Source: Blastocatellia bacterium (GTDB taxonomy: Bacteria; Acidobacteriota; Blastocatellia; UBA7656). From it: DNA of 64,000 bases. Positions 17,784 to 27,482 of this stretch are shown piece after piece (position 1 is the stretch's first letter; each line of letters starts with the position of its first letter). The notes beneath the pieces are model-generated. The model had not been told where the DNA came from and ran no database searches. It saw nothing but the letters and a program-made list of their open reading frames with translations. The stretch is taken from contig JBBWZK010000069.1 in assembly GCA_039648975.1 (NCBI GenBank), forward strand, positions 4,428 through 68,427. Direction: 5' to 3'. Position numbers and translations under genes: made by a program.

Positions 17784-19031
17784 TTAGAGGCCGGTAACGG
17801 TGGCGAATGCCTGCGGGCGGTATACTTCGAGCGAGAGACGCTCAACCGCACGGATGCTCTTCTTCACCTTCTGGAAGTCGTCGTTGATGTAGCCAACCTC
17901 AACCGTGATGCCCTTGCGACGAGAGATGTGACTGTATGCGCGGAACGCGCCGATGAGAGCCGTACCCGCGCTGATGGCGGTCGTCTGCACAACGGGCAAG
18001 CCCCAAATGCGCTCAACACCTGAATCGCTCGGCGCACCCCAAATGTAGAGGCCGTCAGACGTGCGAAGCAGGCGCACGTTCTGCCAGTCGGTCGGGTTGA
18101 AGATAACGGCATCCGGCGTGGCGAAAGCGACTGTCATCACCTTGACCATCGCCTTGTACACCGCATCGGGTGACGGGTCTGCGCCCTTCGCCTGCGTCTG
18201 AATGCTCGCCGTGTTCAGCAAGCCCGTGAGGTTCGGAGAATTGCCGTCGCCGTTGAGTAGCTGCGAGTCCTCGCGCAAACCAACCATGTAAACAAGGCGG
18301 TCGTTGATGAGGCTCTGAATGCCGTCAACGTCGTCAAGCTGCTCCTCCGTTACCGGGAGGAAGGTGCCGAGCGACTGCACGGGCGACGTGACTTCGCTGT
18401 AGGCCAGCGCGGACTCGGCAAGGGCCGCACCCTCGTTGCGCTCTGCGGCATTGTTCGTGAAGGTCGTTTCCTTCATGAACTTGACCGCGTTCTGGTTGGT
18501 CGTGCCCTGCGGAATCAGGTCGGCAACACGGAGCGGACGCTGCGCGCTCGGAATAAGCACGCCAGTACGAGTCACCTGCGGCGGGAAACCACCGCTCGTG
18601 GTCATCGTCGTCTTAACGTCGGCATCGGGAAACTCGACCGTATAGCTGTATGAGCTAGAAACGTGACGGCCAACGCGGGACTTATACTCGTTGCTCGCTA
18701 CAAAGAGTTCGCCAAGAGTGCGCGTGCCCTTTGCATCAGTAGAAACCGTGAAGCCGCTTCCCTGAGCAACAGGAAAGCGCATATCGCCCACAGGCTCGCG
18801 CTCAAGACGCTCAAGAGCGGCCTTGTTCTCGTTGGCGATGCGCTCGGCGTCCTGTAGCTTTTCATACTTCTTGGCAAGGTCGTTGAGTTCCTTGTTCTTG
18901 GCATCAACGTCCTCAAGGACTGCCATATCCATATCAAACTCACCGTTCGCATTGCTGTGCTTTGCGAAAATCTCGGCAAGTGCTTGCCGCTTGGCCGCAA
19001 GTTCCTCGGCCATCTGTCGTACATTGGACAT
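17784..19031 (-). CDS. Major capsid protein, HK97 family
   Basis: 415 aa with an N-terminal coiled delta-like region. The core reads ..LIPQGTTNQNAVKFMKETTFTNNAAERNEGAALAES..FLPVTEEQLDDVDGIQSLINDRL... It follows the prohead protease. Confidence 0.9.
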   Translation of the reverse strand: MSNVRQMAEELAAKRQALAEIFAKHSNANGEFDMDMAVLEDVDAKNKELNDLAKKYEKLQDAERIANENKAALERLEREPVGDMRFPVAQGSGFTVSTDAKGTRTLGELFVASNEYKSRVGRHVSSSYSYTVEFPDADVKTTMTTSGGFPPQVTRTGVLIPSAQRPLRVADLIPQGTTNQNAVKFMKETTFTNNAAERNEGAALAESALAYSEVTSPVQSLGTFLPVTEEQLDDVDGIQSLINDRLVYMVGLREDSQLLNGDGNSPNLTGLLNTASIQTQAKGADPSPDAVYKAMVKVMTVAFATPDAVIFNPTDWQNVRLLRTSDGLYIWGAPSDSGVERIWGLPVVQTTAISAGTALIGAFRAYSHISRRKGITVEVGYINDDFQKVKKSIRAVERLSLEVYRPQAFATVTGL

Positions 19032-19047
19032 AATTGCTCCTCTTCTT

Positions 19048-19911
19048 CTAGGCAGCGCCTAGCTGCTTTGCTTGATTTCGTAAAAACTCGGCGTAGAGCT
19101 TGCGGGCTTGTTCTTTGGCCTTGTTCTTCTCGGCGGGGTCGGTTGCTGATAGAAGCTCTTTGATTGAGTTAATCGCTTCCTGCCCGCCATCCCATGCATC
19201 AACCACGCTCTGTAACTTGGCGCGATTGGACGCACTAATAACGCGACCTTCTTTAACTCGAAGCTCGTTTATCGCCTTTGCTCGTGTTGCGAACTCCAGC
19301 ACGGCAGCACGCACCGCTTCGGAGTGGAGTTGAAACGGCAGTCCAGCACGCGAACCGCCGTCAATAAGCTCGTTTAATTCTTTGACCGCCGTAACCGATG
19401 CCGCAGGGTTCGCGGGCACAGTTACAAGCGAGATTTCATATAGGTCGATTTGCTTGAGTAGCCGCACGCCACCCATCACCCCTTCAAGGTTGTCTAGCTT
19501 GAGCGGGATGCTGTTGTTGCGGGCGTATGCGGCGAGTTCATCAAGACTGTCGAAGAACTCGGCATCCTTAATCCGATAACCGATAGATAACTTTTTGATA
19601 ACGCCGTCGCGCAGGAGTGTGAGCGCATCCTTGCCCTGTGCGGTGTCGCTTATCTTCGCCTTGATAAAGAGGCCGTTCTCGTCCTCATGGGCTTCGAGAG
19701 CTTTGCCGATTGGAGTCGTCCAATCGTGCTGCCAAGCAATAAAGCCATTGGCAAGAAACTCTTGCAGGCCGTCTTTGAAAGCGCCCGGCGCGATGATGTC
19801 GCCAACTCTGTCGAGGTTGGAGAATGCGGCTCCGTAGCCTGCGAACTCGCCCTCTTTCAAACTGTCGGCTTTTAGAGAAAAAGATATAGCTTTGCGTTCA
19901 AGCTGATTCAT
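19048..19911 (-). CDS. Prohead protease (HK97/S78 family) with a scaffold-like C-terminus
   Basis: Shows AWQHDWTTPIGKALEAHEDENGLFIKAKI and YEISLVTVPANP, followed by a C-terminal helical region. Confidence 0.85.
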   Translation of the reverse strand: MNQLERKAISFSLKADSLKEGEFAGYGAAFSNLDRVGDIIAPGAFKDGLQEFLANGFIAWQHDWTTPIGKALEAHEDENGLFIKAKISDTAQGKDALTLLRDGVIKKLSIGYRIKDAEFFDSLDELAAYARNNSIPLKLDNLEGVMGGVRLLKQIDLYEISLVTVPANPAASVTAVKELNELIDGGSRAGLPFQLHSEAVRAAVLEFATRAKAINELRVKEGRVISASNRAKLQSVVDAWDGGQEAINSIKELLSATDPAEKNKAKEQARKLYAEFLRNQAKQLGAA

Positions 19912-19948
19912 CAGCCAAACTCCAGTCTGCCTTTGGTTGTTAAGTTGA

Positions 19949-20578
19949 TTACTCTTCGGAAACGGAGGCTGTGGGGCGTTTGCGATACTCTATTGAGCAA
20001 CGACAACGGGCCATGCACTCGCGCCCGCCAATCGGTGTTAGCGTGCCGAGCGGAACCCATCCTGCCGCCGCTTCAGCCGGGCAGTCGCCACAATGATTCG
20101 CGCCGTCATCAAGGATGCTGCGTTCTTCTTCAAAGCCTGCGTCTGCTTTCTCGCCGCGTTTGACGTATTCGTATGTGCCGACACCCGCATCGGCGTATAG
20201 CTCGGCGCGAGTCTTGAGCGTGCCGTCCTTTTGCTGTATGCCTGTGTCGATGTCGATTGTGAACTTGACCAGATAGCGGTCTTGCTCAAGCAACTTGGCA
20301 TTGATGCGGCTGAGAGTATTCTGCGATATGTGGTTAAGACCACCCGCAGCTATCAGGCTCACGCCTGTATGCATGGCTCGCAATCGGCTTGTGATTTTCT
20401 GTTTCCACTCAGGGCCATCTATCTCACCGCCGATTAGCTCTTCGGCTATTTGCCCTAAATCGTCTTTGGTGTCGTCTACCGCAGAGTCAATCCACTCGCG
20501 TACAACGCTGTCGGGTACAGGATTGCCCTTCGCATCAACATACTGCCGATTCGCCTTGTCCCATGTGTACTTAGGCAT
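19949..20578 (-). CDS. Minor head (MuF/gp7-position) protein with a Cys-rich C-terminus
   Basis: Lies between the portal and protease genes. The C-terminus is HCGDC..GW..IGGRECMARCRCSIEY. Confidence 0.45.
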   Translation of the reverse strand: MPKYTWDKANRQYVDAKGNPVPDSVVREWIDSAVDDTKDDLGQIAEELIGGEIDGPEWKQKITSRLRAMHTGVSLIAAGGLNHISQNTLSRINAKLLEQDRYLVKFTIDIDTGIQQKDGTLKTRAELYADAGVGTYEYVKRGEKADAGFEEERSILDDGANHCGDCPAEAAAGWVPLGTLTPIGGRECMARCRCSIEYRKRPTASVSEE

Positions 20579-21983
20579 GGAGCGTGTCAGCGTTTACGAG
20601 GTCACGGGCAAGCGCGGGAGCGTGTTCGCGCCACCATGCCGCGCCTTCATCAAGATTCAACTCGCCCGCCAGCCCTTTATGCTCAATGCCCTTGCCCGCA
20701 CTCACATCAGCAAGCGGGTTCAGCCCGTTGTCGTGTGGGTTCGGTGCGCTCGCCGTGATGTAAACCTCATCGTCGGGCGTAACAGGTAGGCCGACCGCTG
20801 CGCGAGCTTCTGAGCGCTTAATCCAACCGCCCTTAACGCCGATGGTGAGCCGTTGGTAAAGCGCCGTCTGGTCTTCCTGTAGCACTCTCACTTGAGACAG
20901 GTCATGCGATACCCGCATGGTGCCGTCGCTTGTGAAGTCGGGCAGGAGTTGCAGGGTTAGCTCTTCCTCGAAGTGACGCAGCAACGGCACGACATAGCTC
21001 TCGTATGCCGCCTCTCGTGCTTCTTTGAAGTTGGCAAAGGTTGAACGCTGAAGCCCCGCACCGAGGCCGAGAACGATTGCGGGAATGCCAAGTACAGCCG
21101 ATACCCGCTCCTCGTTAATCATTCGAGCCGCTTTCAAGTTCAGGGACTCAGGGTTAAAGCTGAGTTGCTTAACTTCAATACCGCCGCTGGCAACAATCGG
21201 CTCGCCTCTGTTATCGCCTGATGTCTGTCGTTTGATTGCTTCCTTGAGGCTTTCAGCGTCGATGTCCGCGCCGTCCTTGCTGGTCACGATATAAGGCGGG
21301 ACGCCCGAATTGACCAACAATGCAGCCGAGAAGTTTGCAGCCTCGTTGTCGCTGAATATCTCGCGGAACAGCGAGCGCATCGGACTCATGCCGCGTCGGG
21401 TGAGCGGGTTCATGCCGTCCGCAATATGAACTATCTCGGAAGGCTCGAAGCGTTGCGGTATGCCATCAACGAAGTACTCGTAATAGCTGATGAACTGTGA
21501 GCCGTCGCCCGGCCAGCGCGGTCGTACCATCCAGTGAGGCAAGTAATAAAGCTCAACAGGCTTGCCTGCGCCATTGCGCCTCTTGAGAAAGAAGGCGTTG
21601 CCATCCGTCACCCACGAAAGCGCAAAACACTTGAGTAGCGTCGAGCCTGAGTGATAAGGATTCGGGCGTTTGAAGAGTTGAACGAGTGGGTGGTTAGGAA
21701 CAACCTCGTCTTTGCCCTTGCGATTCGTGACAACTGTTAGCGGCGACTCCGGCAAAGTGTTGCCGACCCATCGAACCGCGCTCATCACGATTGAGTTGCG
21801 GGTTACATCTCCAACCTCTGCCTCGTAATCGATTCGGCTGCGTGAGAGAATCGTTGGCAGTAGTCCGTCAAGGAGATGCCAGTTCGCGCCGAAGTAACGA
21901 TTACCTCCACTGCCGCCGAACCCCGTAAACAGCCCCTTGATGGACGCGCCGATTCTTTGTAGTAGCGTTTTATTCTCTCGCAT
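20571..21983 (-). CDS. Portal protein (HK97 family)
   Basis: 470 aa, directly after terL with a 1-nt overlap. Typical portal core segments are present (..NPLTRRGMSPMRSLFREIFSDNEAANFSAALLVNSG..). Confidence 0.85.
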   Translation of the reverse strand: MRENKTLLQRIGASIKGLFTGFGGSGGNRYFGANWHLLDGLLPTILSRSRIDYEAEVGDVTRNSIVMSAVRWVGNTLPESPLTVVTNRKGKDEVVPNHPLVQLFKRPNPYHSGSTLLKCFALSWVTDGNAFFLKRRNGAGKPVELYYLPHWMVRPRWPGDGSQFISYYEYFVDGIPQRFEPSEIVHIADGMNPLTRRGMSPMRSLFREIFSDNEAANFSAALLVNSGVPPYIVTSKDGADIDAESLKEAIKRQTSGDNRGEPIVASGGIEVKQLSFNPESLNLKAARMINEERVSAVLGIPAIVLGLGAGLQRSTFANFKEAREAAYESYVVPLLRHFEEELTLQLLPDFTSDGTMRVSHDLSQVRVLQEDQTALYQRLTIGVKGGWIKRSEARAAVGLPVTPDDEVYITASAPNPHDNGLNPLADVSAGKGIEHKGLAGELNLDEGAAWWREHAPALARDLVNADTLHA

Positions 21984-23278
21984 TATGAAAACGTGATGAC
22001 TCCGCGCCCGCTCAGTTCCGAGAGCGCATACACAACCGCATCAACCTCGTCGTCGTTCTCGGTTGCGACAGGAAAGCGTGTGAGTTGGTCTTCGAGTGAA
22101 GCGAACACGCCAACGTGATGCACCCGCCCTTGCTCGTATAGTGCTGCCGCAGGCTCAGCGCGTACTGTCTTGCCCCTTGAGGCATGAACTGTCTTGATTG
22201 GTGCTGTGCGGCGTATGGTTCGCAGCGTGTGCTCGACCATCTCGCCGCCGTTGTTGCGTTCAGCTATCAGTCGGTCAGCCTTGAACTTGTCGAACAGGTC
22301 GAGGGCGCGTTTCGCCCATGCTTGCGGGGATAGCTTCACACCCTCGCTGTGCAGCAAATAGAACTGGTCGTCGTTACCTTTGCCAGCGACCGCAATACCT
22401 GTGAAATCTGAATCCTCGCCATGCGTTGTCGCGGGGTCTATTGCGACCACGACGCGCTGTAGACTTTCTGGCGCTTCATCAACGCGGTTATTCGCAATCC
22501 AATCAAACTTCCAAAGTGCGCCGGGCACATCGAGCAGGAGCTCGCCTTCAATCTCTTGCCGACCGAGCCGTGTGCCTTCGTATGCGCCTACAACCGTGTC
22601 GATAAAGTTGGCAGCGAGGTTTAATTGATTCTCGTAGGTGCTGCCCTTTGTGATAGCAACCGAGTTATCTTTCTCGGCTTTCTGGACTAGCTCACGGATG
22701 AGCTTTACAGGCTTTGGGGTAGTGGTTGCGATAACCTGCGGGTGTGCGCCGAGGCGCAAACCGAGCAGCAGCATGTCCCATGCTTCCGGTCGGTTCCATG
22801 CCGCAATCTCATCAGCCCATCCCGCATCGTGTTGCGGGCCGCGCAACAGGTCAGGCTCGTCGGCTGAGTAGCAAGTGGCGATTGCCCCGTTCGGCCAGGT
22901 CAACAACCTCTTGCTCGGCTCGTAAACAGGCTTACTATCTTGCGGGCAACAGGCGAGGAGGCCCGACTCACCGCGCACCATAACGTCGCGCACGTCTGCG
23001 GCTGTCCTGCCTACAAGTGCGATGCGTTTGGCAGTACCCGATTCAACCTTTGAACGAACCCACTCGGCACCCGTTCGAGTCTTGCCGAATCCGCGCCCGG
23101 CCATGATTAGCCAGATGAACCATGCGCCATCGGGCGGTAGTTGTTTCTCGCGCGCCCAAAAAGGCCAGCGAAACCTAAGCCTCGCTTTGTCCTGAATCGT
23201 CAGGCTCGCTAGAAACTGGCTGCGCTGTGATTCGGGTAGCAAGAGCAGCCATTCGGCTGTCAAAGTCTGAGGCTGCAT
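21983..23278 (-). CDS. terL: Terminase large subunit
   Basis: Walker A is MAGRGFGKTRTGAEWV, as in the GTA/HK97-like terminase clade. There is a C-terminal RNase-H-like nuclease region. Confidence 0.9.
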   Translation of the reverse strand: MQPQTLTAEWLLLLPESQRSQFLASLTIQDKARLRFRWPFWAREKQLPPDGAWFIWLIMAGRGFGKTRTGAEWVRSKVESGTAKRIALVGRTAADVRDVMVRGESGLLACCPQDSKPVYEPSKRLLTWPNGAIATCYSADEPDLLRGPQHDAGWADEIAAWNRPEAWDMLLLGLRLGAHPQVIATTTPKPVKLIRELVQKAEKDNSVAITKGSTYENQLNLAANFIDTVVGAYEGTRLGRQEIEGELLLDVPGALWKFDWIANNRVDEAPESLQRVVVAIDPATTHGEDSDFTGIAVAGKGNDDQFYLLHSEGVKLSPQAWAKRALDLFDKFKADRLIAERNNGGEMVEHTLRTIRRTAPIKTVHASRGKTVRAEPAAALYEQGRVHHVGVFASLEDQLTRFPVATENDDEVDAVVYALSELSGRGVITFS

Positions 23279-23810
23279 TTGTAATTTCGATTGCGCCGCC
23301 GTCTGCGCCGGTTATCTCTTGGCGGGTAGTCTCAACAGGCATACCTGCGGATGTGCGGTATAGCTTGGCGACCGTCTCAGCCATGCGGGTCACATCGCGC
23401 ACGCTCCAATTCAACGGCTTGATTGTCATTTGCTGACCGTGTTCGTTGGTGTGCTCGACTTGGTAAACCGGGAACTCAAGCATCTGCGCGAGCTTGCTGT
23501 GGATGCGCTCGGCCAGTTTCCACTCTTCGTTGCGTAACTCTTCTCGGCGCTTCGCCCACTTCTCGGCTTCTACCTGTGCGGCTTTTTCGCGGGCTTTCTC
23601 TTGTAGTTCGTTCTGGTGGTCATCGTAGGCTTGTGCGCGGTTTACCCAGTCAAACGTTCTCGACCAACGGTCACAAATCGTTTTACTCTTGCCTAACTTC
23701 TGACTAACCGCCTCAAGCGTGCGTTTCGCGCCCATCTCGAAGTAGCATTTAGCTGCCTCGTAAGCTTTGGCGCTTTCGTTTGTTTGACGTAGCCAACTCT
23801 TGATAGCCAT
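23175..23810 (-). CDS. terS: Terminase small subunit (HTH)
   Basis: It is upstream of and overlaps terL. The N-terminus KAYEAAKCYFEMGAKRTLEAVSQKLGKSKTICDRWSRTFDWVNR is HTH-like. The start is the ATG at 23808-23810; a longer GTG-initiated ORF reaches 23873. Confidence 0.6.
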   Translation of the reverse strand: MAIKSWLRQTNESAKAYEAAKCYFEMGAKRTLEAVSQKLGKSKTICDRWSRTFDWVNRAQAYDDHQNELQEKAREKAAQVEAEKWAKRREELRNEEWKLAERIHSKLAQMLEFPVYQVEHTNEHGQQMTIKPLNWSVRDVTRMAETVAKLYRTSAGMPVETTRQEITGADGGAIEITNAASDFDSRMAALATRITAQPVSSEPDDSGQSEA

Positions 23811-23842
23811 AAAAAAAGGCGGAGCCAATTGCTCGGCTCCGC
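23811..23842 (-). terminator. Intrinsic terminator abutting the terS start
   Basis: 8-bp stem GCGGAGCC (23819-23826) / GGCTCCGC (23835-23842). On the minus strand T7 (23811-23817) follows, then the terS ATG. Confidence 0.5.
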
Positions 23843-23959
23843 TTCTAGGAGATGAGAGGAAGGTAATGGACACCGCACACGAAAAAAGGCGGGCACGGAT
23901 GCGCCTCTCGCCGTTTCAGCCCCCTCAAAAACAACGGCAAGAATCCATGCCCATAAAAC

Positions 23960-24160
23960 TCAATAGCCGCGATAGTCGCTGTTCATATAGGTAGCGACAA
24001 TTTCATCCTGCTCGCGGAGCCAGCGTTTGAACGCAGGGTCGTTCTGCACCTGAGTCTGAATGAACTCGACGCTCTTCCAGCCTCGCACCTTGTCTGTCTG
24101 CTTTCTCTTTGCTTTTGCAAGCGACTGCACATCCGCCGTCGCTTTGTCTTTTCGTCGCAT
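23960..24160 (-). CDS. Small basic phage protein, unknown function
   Basis: 66-aa ORF upstream of the packaging genes. Confidence 0.35.
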   Translation of the reverse strand: MRRKDKATADVQSLAKAKRKQTDKVRGWKSVEFIQTQVQNDPAFKRWLREQDEIVATYMNSDYRGY

Positions 24161-24178
24161 GGTGAAGCCGCACGGGAC

Positions 24179-24532
24179 TCAGCCAGCTTTCTCTAAAAGT
24201 TTTGCCTGATGCCAGCGCAATAGCATCTCCGCATAGTTGTCGGTGCTGTCATTGCCCGCACCAAAGCGAAAGTACTCAACATCACATGCGGGTATCGGTG
24301 AAGGCGCATAGCTAAACACTCTGCGCATCATCACGCCGAACAAAGCCCGCAGCCCGAAAGAGGGCGAGGTCTGTTCAAGCGAACGTAGCTGTGTGCGATT
24401 CGTTTCAGGGTCGAGCGTGAGCAAGTATTGCTTGCGTTCCTGTTCGGCAAGTTGCCGCTGATGCTCAAGGACATAAAGTTTCTTCTTGCGCGCAGCTTCG
24501 CGGCGAGCCTTCGGCTTGCGGTGTCGTGCCAT
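24179..24532 (-). CDS. Phage protein, unknown function
   Basis: 117-aa ORF co-oriented with the late operon. Confidence 0.35.
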   Translation of the reverse strand: MARHRKPKARREAARKKKLYVLEHQRQLAEQERKQYLLTLDPETNRTQLRSLEQTSPSFGLRALFGVMMRRVFSYAPSPIPACDVEYFRFGAGNDSTDNYAEMLLRWHQAKLLEKAG

Positions 24533-24947
24533 TTATCTCCTCGGTGCTTTCAGGCACACGAATCCTGTCGATGATTTTTGGGGTTTCACGGTGCCCGCGT
24601 CTCAACGAGCAATGCCCGGAGACTGCGGATAGTCTTTAGGTAGGTGTGTGAGCGAGAAACCTGAAAGTTTCTATCGGACACGGGGCCAACCATGTCTGTT
24701 CTTTTTATCTGCTACAACCTGTAACTTGCTGACAATTCAGCTTACACATCAAGAAGTAACTCGATTCACAATAAGAGTCAACGGTTTCGAAGCAAAAAAT
24801 ATGCTCGGAATGAAAAAACTGTTTCATACAAGTTACAGACAACTTTGCTTTACATTTTCGTGCGTCTGGACTACTACAAGAATTAAGGCGAGTAGATTTG
24901 GCAGGGTTAAGGGGATACAGGCAGTTTGTTTTGCTTGGCGGGCCGCC

Positions 24948-25253
24948 TCAACTTTTCTTCGACCGCAACACAGACCACCGATAGCCCTGACCAGCGGGCA
25001 GCTTCGCAGGCAGTTCAATAGCATCGTCAACCAGCGCGTCGATGTACACGCCCGCAACACGCCCATATTCCAACAGCACCAGCAAATCAGGCTCGCGCAC
25101 CCCACGCTCGAACGCCGAGATAGAATCCTGAAACAACTCTCCGGTCAGGCCCATTCGGCCAATCAACTCATTCTGTGATAGGCCGAGAGCGGTGCGAACG
25201 TGCAGGAGTTTTTCTGCAAGGCGGTCAGGTTTTCGGCGGGAAGCTCGGCCCAT
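24948..25253 (-). CDS. XRE-family HTH transcriptional regulator (phage repressor-like)
   Basis: LRTALGLSQNELIGRMGLTGELFQDSISAFERGVREP is a classic Cro/CI-type HTH. Confidence 0.8.
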   Translation of the reverse strand: MGRASRRKPDRLAEKLLHVRTALGLSQNELIGRMGLTGELFQDSISAFERGVREPDLLVLLEYGRVAGVYIDALVDDAIELPAKLPAGQGYRWSVLRSKKS

Positions 25254-25302
25254 CAGGAGGCACCCCCTGACGGTAGAAGCTCATCATTTTTTTGCTTGCG
25301 AG

Positions 25303-25320
25303 TAAGGGTATTTACCCTTA
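25303..25320. promoter_or_regulatory. Operator-like palindrome upstream of the XRE gene
   Basis: TAAGGGTA-TT-TACCCTTA, with perfect 8-bp arms. It lies in the divergent region between 25253 and 25461. Confidence 0.4.
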
Positions 25321-25460
25321 GTATGTCGTCGCTATTGTGAATTGCCGGGAACTTTAGTAATTTTAGCTCCCTAGCAGCACTCATCATCAGCGATGCGCCG
25401 CCTGATACATAGGATGGCACTCAAAATAGCAAAGAACGACTCGCCGCGAAAGGAGAACCG

Positions 25461-25940
25461 ATGAATCACGATGCTCCCCCTGTTTCTCAACAGGAAAAGC
25501 CGCCGCTGCCACTCGCCGTACGAGTTTCTGTTCTAATCGGGATAATTGTGGGCGGACTCTACCTCGCATCCTTCCTCGCAGACAAAAAAACTCTACAGCC
25601 TGAATCACAATCTGCCACGCCCCATACCTCGCAACAATCCAACTCAGCCACACCGAAACGCACCAAGTCGGTAGGAGATGAAGTTAAGATTTATGTTGAA
25701 GGGCTGAAGACGATTACGGTCGCGGTTGACGAGGACGCCTATAGTGAGCTGGACAAAGTGTTTCAGGCGAAAGACCAGTATGGGTACGACCATCTGTTAG
25801 CCGAGGGGAGAATCTTTCGTGTGACAAACAATACGAGGGCACTCATCCTTGAAAATGGCTTCTTTAAGTTAAAAGTGCGGATTCTTGAGGGCATCAAGCA
25901 GGGATACGCCGGACTGGTTCCGAGAGAATGGCTCCAGTAG
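25461..25940 (+). CDS. Membrane-anchored protein, unknown function (lysogeny-region moron)
   Basis: One TM helix (VSVLIGIIVGGLYLASFL) plus a ~90-aa globular domain. It is divergent from the XRE gene. Confidence 0.4.
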   Translation: MNHDAPPVSQQEKPPLPLAVRVSVLIGIIVGGLYLASFLADKKTLQPESQSATPHTSQQSNSATPKRTKSVGDEVKIYVEGLKTITVAVDEDAYSELDKVFQAKDQYGYDHLLAEGRIFRVTNNTRALILENGFFKLKVRILEGIKQGYAGLVPREWLQ

Positions 25941-26072
25941 AGCGGACTTCTACCAGCCCCCTTGTCCTATGCCGCCGCGCCTGTTGTGCCCTGTGACGCG
26001 TTTCTCTGGTTGCGTCCCTGTGCGGCTTACCTGAATCCAGCGAAAGGTTTGTCAGGGCTGATATGGCCGACG

Positions 26073-26113
26073 CTGGTTCAGTGGGTGAACCGCTCTGGTT
26101 CAGTGGGTGAACC
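26073..26113. promoter_or_regulatory. Two tandem GGTTCA-N5-TGAACC palindromes, 22-bp period
   Basis: CTGGTTCAGTGGGTGAACC occurs at 26073-26091 and again at 26095-26113. Confidence 0.4.
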
Positions 26114-26891
26114 ACCGTCGATATTAGGCCGATTTTCAGAGATTTTAGTACCTATCTGCGGTCGGCGGTCGATTTTATCTCCCCGCGCCGCTCGCGTCCC
26201 TCTCCTTCTCAGTAATGTAGGTAGCATATCTCTTTAGAAAGGACAGACAGGGGCCATTCCCTGCTGATACATTAAATAATGTGCAGGGTTCCAAAGCTAT
26301 TCGTGGAGTGAATTGATGACGGCTGTTATCGTTTAGTTAGCAGAAACGAGCTTATGCTCAGATTTATTAAGCTGATAAAATCGACCGACGACTTATCAGG
26401 TATCAGTTAAGGACTCGGACGTAGACCCCATTGCCGCATCAACTAGCGACCCGTTGCCGAGGAAAAACACTCAAGCGAACTTGAGCCAAAAATCTAATTT
26501 CACCGTTTCTCAAAGAGCCTGCTGAAACTCTGCCTAACACCGAGAGGGCTTGTCTCTCGTAGCCTTGCCGGATAAACCGGCTACGCGCCCGTTTTTTCGC
26601 GGAGAACGTTTGCGTGATTACCACAACCGCTTGCAGGCCGAACCTGCAAAAGTTCACTCTTCCAATGCCGACAGGCGATGCCTGCCACAAAACACACTCC
26701 GCGCCAAGCAGCCGCGAACGGCCCGCCTGTCGCTATCACTACCTCATGGGATAATCCAACCTGAGAGTAAAATTACATTCGACACCAGAGTAACTCGAAT
26801 AAATAGAATGTCAATAATTGTGGTCGACTTTCCGTTTCAGTTATGAAACACTTTTTTTGATGGGCGCAGTCTCCCGCGCCCATGCTGATAA

Positions 26892-27143
26892 TTAAACCGT
26901 CGCCGCTGCTATCGGCAGCCACACAACCTCCGCTCGGTGCGAGTACTTAATCGCAACGAGCCACGCATTCAAGAAATCGCCCGCGTAACCGCGCACCCTC
27001 AACAGGCCATCGCCGTTTGCGCTCAGAGCTTCAGCCGGTACGACCGCAGTCAAGCCTGCGCCCGCCGTCGCTACGTAATCAAAGTCACCATCTAGCATGA
27101 GTAGGAAATCATCGTCGTCTTGTTGGACTCGAACTTTCAACAT
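26892..27143 (-). CDS. Small acidic protein, unknown function
   Basis: The ATG at 27141-27143 begins MLKVRVQQDDDDFLLMLDG... The track ORF extends to 27200. Confidence 0.35.
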   Translation of the reverse strand: MLKVRVQQDDDDFLLMLDGDFDYVATAGAGLTAVVPAEALSANGDGLLRVRGYAGDFLNAWLVAIKYSHRAEVVWLPIAAATV

Positions 27144-27262
27144 AGTTGTCACCTTTCTCTTCTTCGTTTGTAACTGTCTGCACACAGCCATCGTTTTCAA
27201 GAATGCGGGTAGCTATTAACCGACAGAGCTTCGCCCACGCCGCCGATTGTTCGGGGGGAACC

Positions 27263-27469
27263 TCAAGCGCACCCATCGCTCGCCTCCTGCACAGGCGGCA
27301 ACTTCACGCCGAGTGCGCTTTCTAATCTTTGGATTTCGTCGGGACGGGGTATCCTGCGGGAGTTCTCGATACGGCTCAGGCGGGTTTCTTCAACTCCTGC
27401 CTTCGTCGCCAATTCGAATAGTTTCAGGCCCGCTCTGATTCGGGCGATACGCAACTCTAAACCAAACAC
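27263..27469 (-). CDS. XRE/Cro-like HTH regulator
   Basis: IRAGLKLFELATKAGVEETRLSRIENSRRIP is an HTH. The GTG start is preceded by GGAGG (27477-27481). Confidence 0.7.
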   Translation of the reverse strand: MFGLELRIARIRAGLKLFELATKAGVEETRLSRIENSRRIPRPDEIQRLESALGVKLPPVQEASDGCA

Positions 27470-27482
27470 ACGAACACCTCCA

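Noticed and set aside
2199-23873. Gene-transfer-agent interpretation of the structural module
   Set aside because: The terminase motif resembles the GTA/HK97 clade, and replication and integration genes are missing. Three things fit a (possibly defective) prophage better: a 1729-aa tape measure, large receptor-binding proteins, adjacent XRE regulators with operators, and location inside an insertion in comM. I kept the missing-module question as an open finding.
24648-25178. 176-aa plus-strand ORF overlapping the XRE repressor gene
   Set aside because: The minus frame has a textbook HTH. The plus ORF begins at a GTG without an SD and has no recognisable features.
26855-26885. Hairpin ATGGGCGC-N7-GCGCCCAT next to a T/A run as a terminator
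   Set aside because: The T-run precedes the stem on the plus strand, and an A-run follows it on the minus strand. It therefore fits an intrinsic terminator in neither direction.
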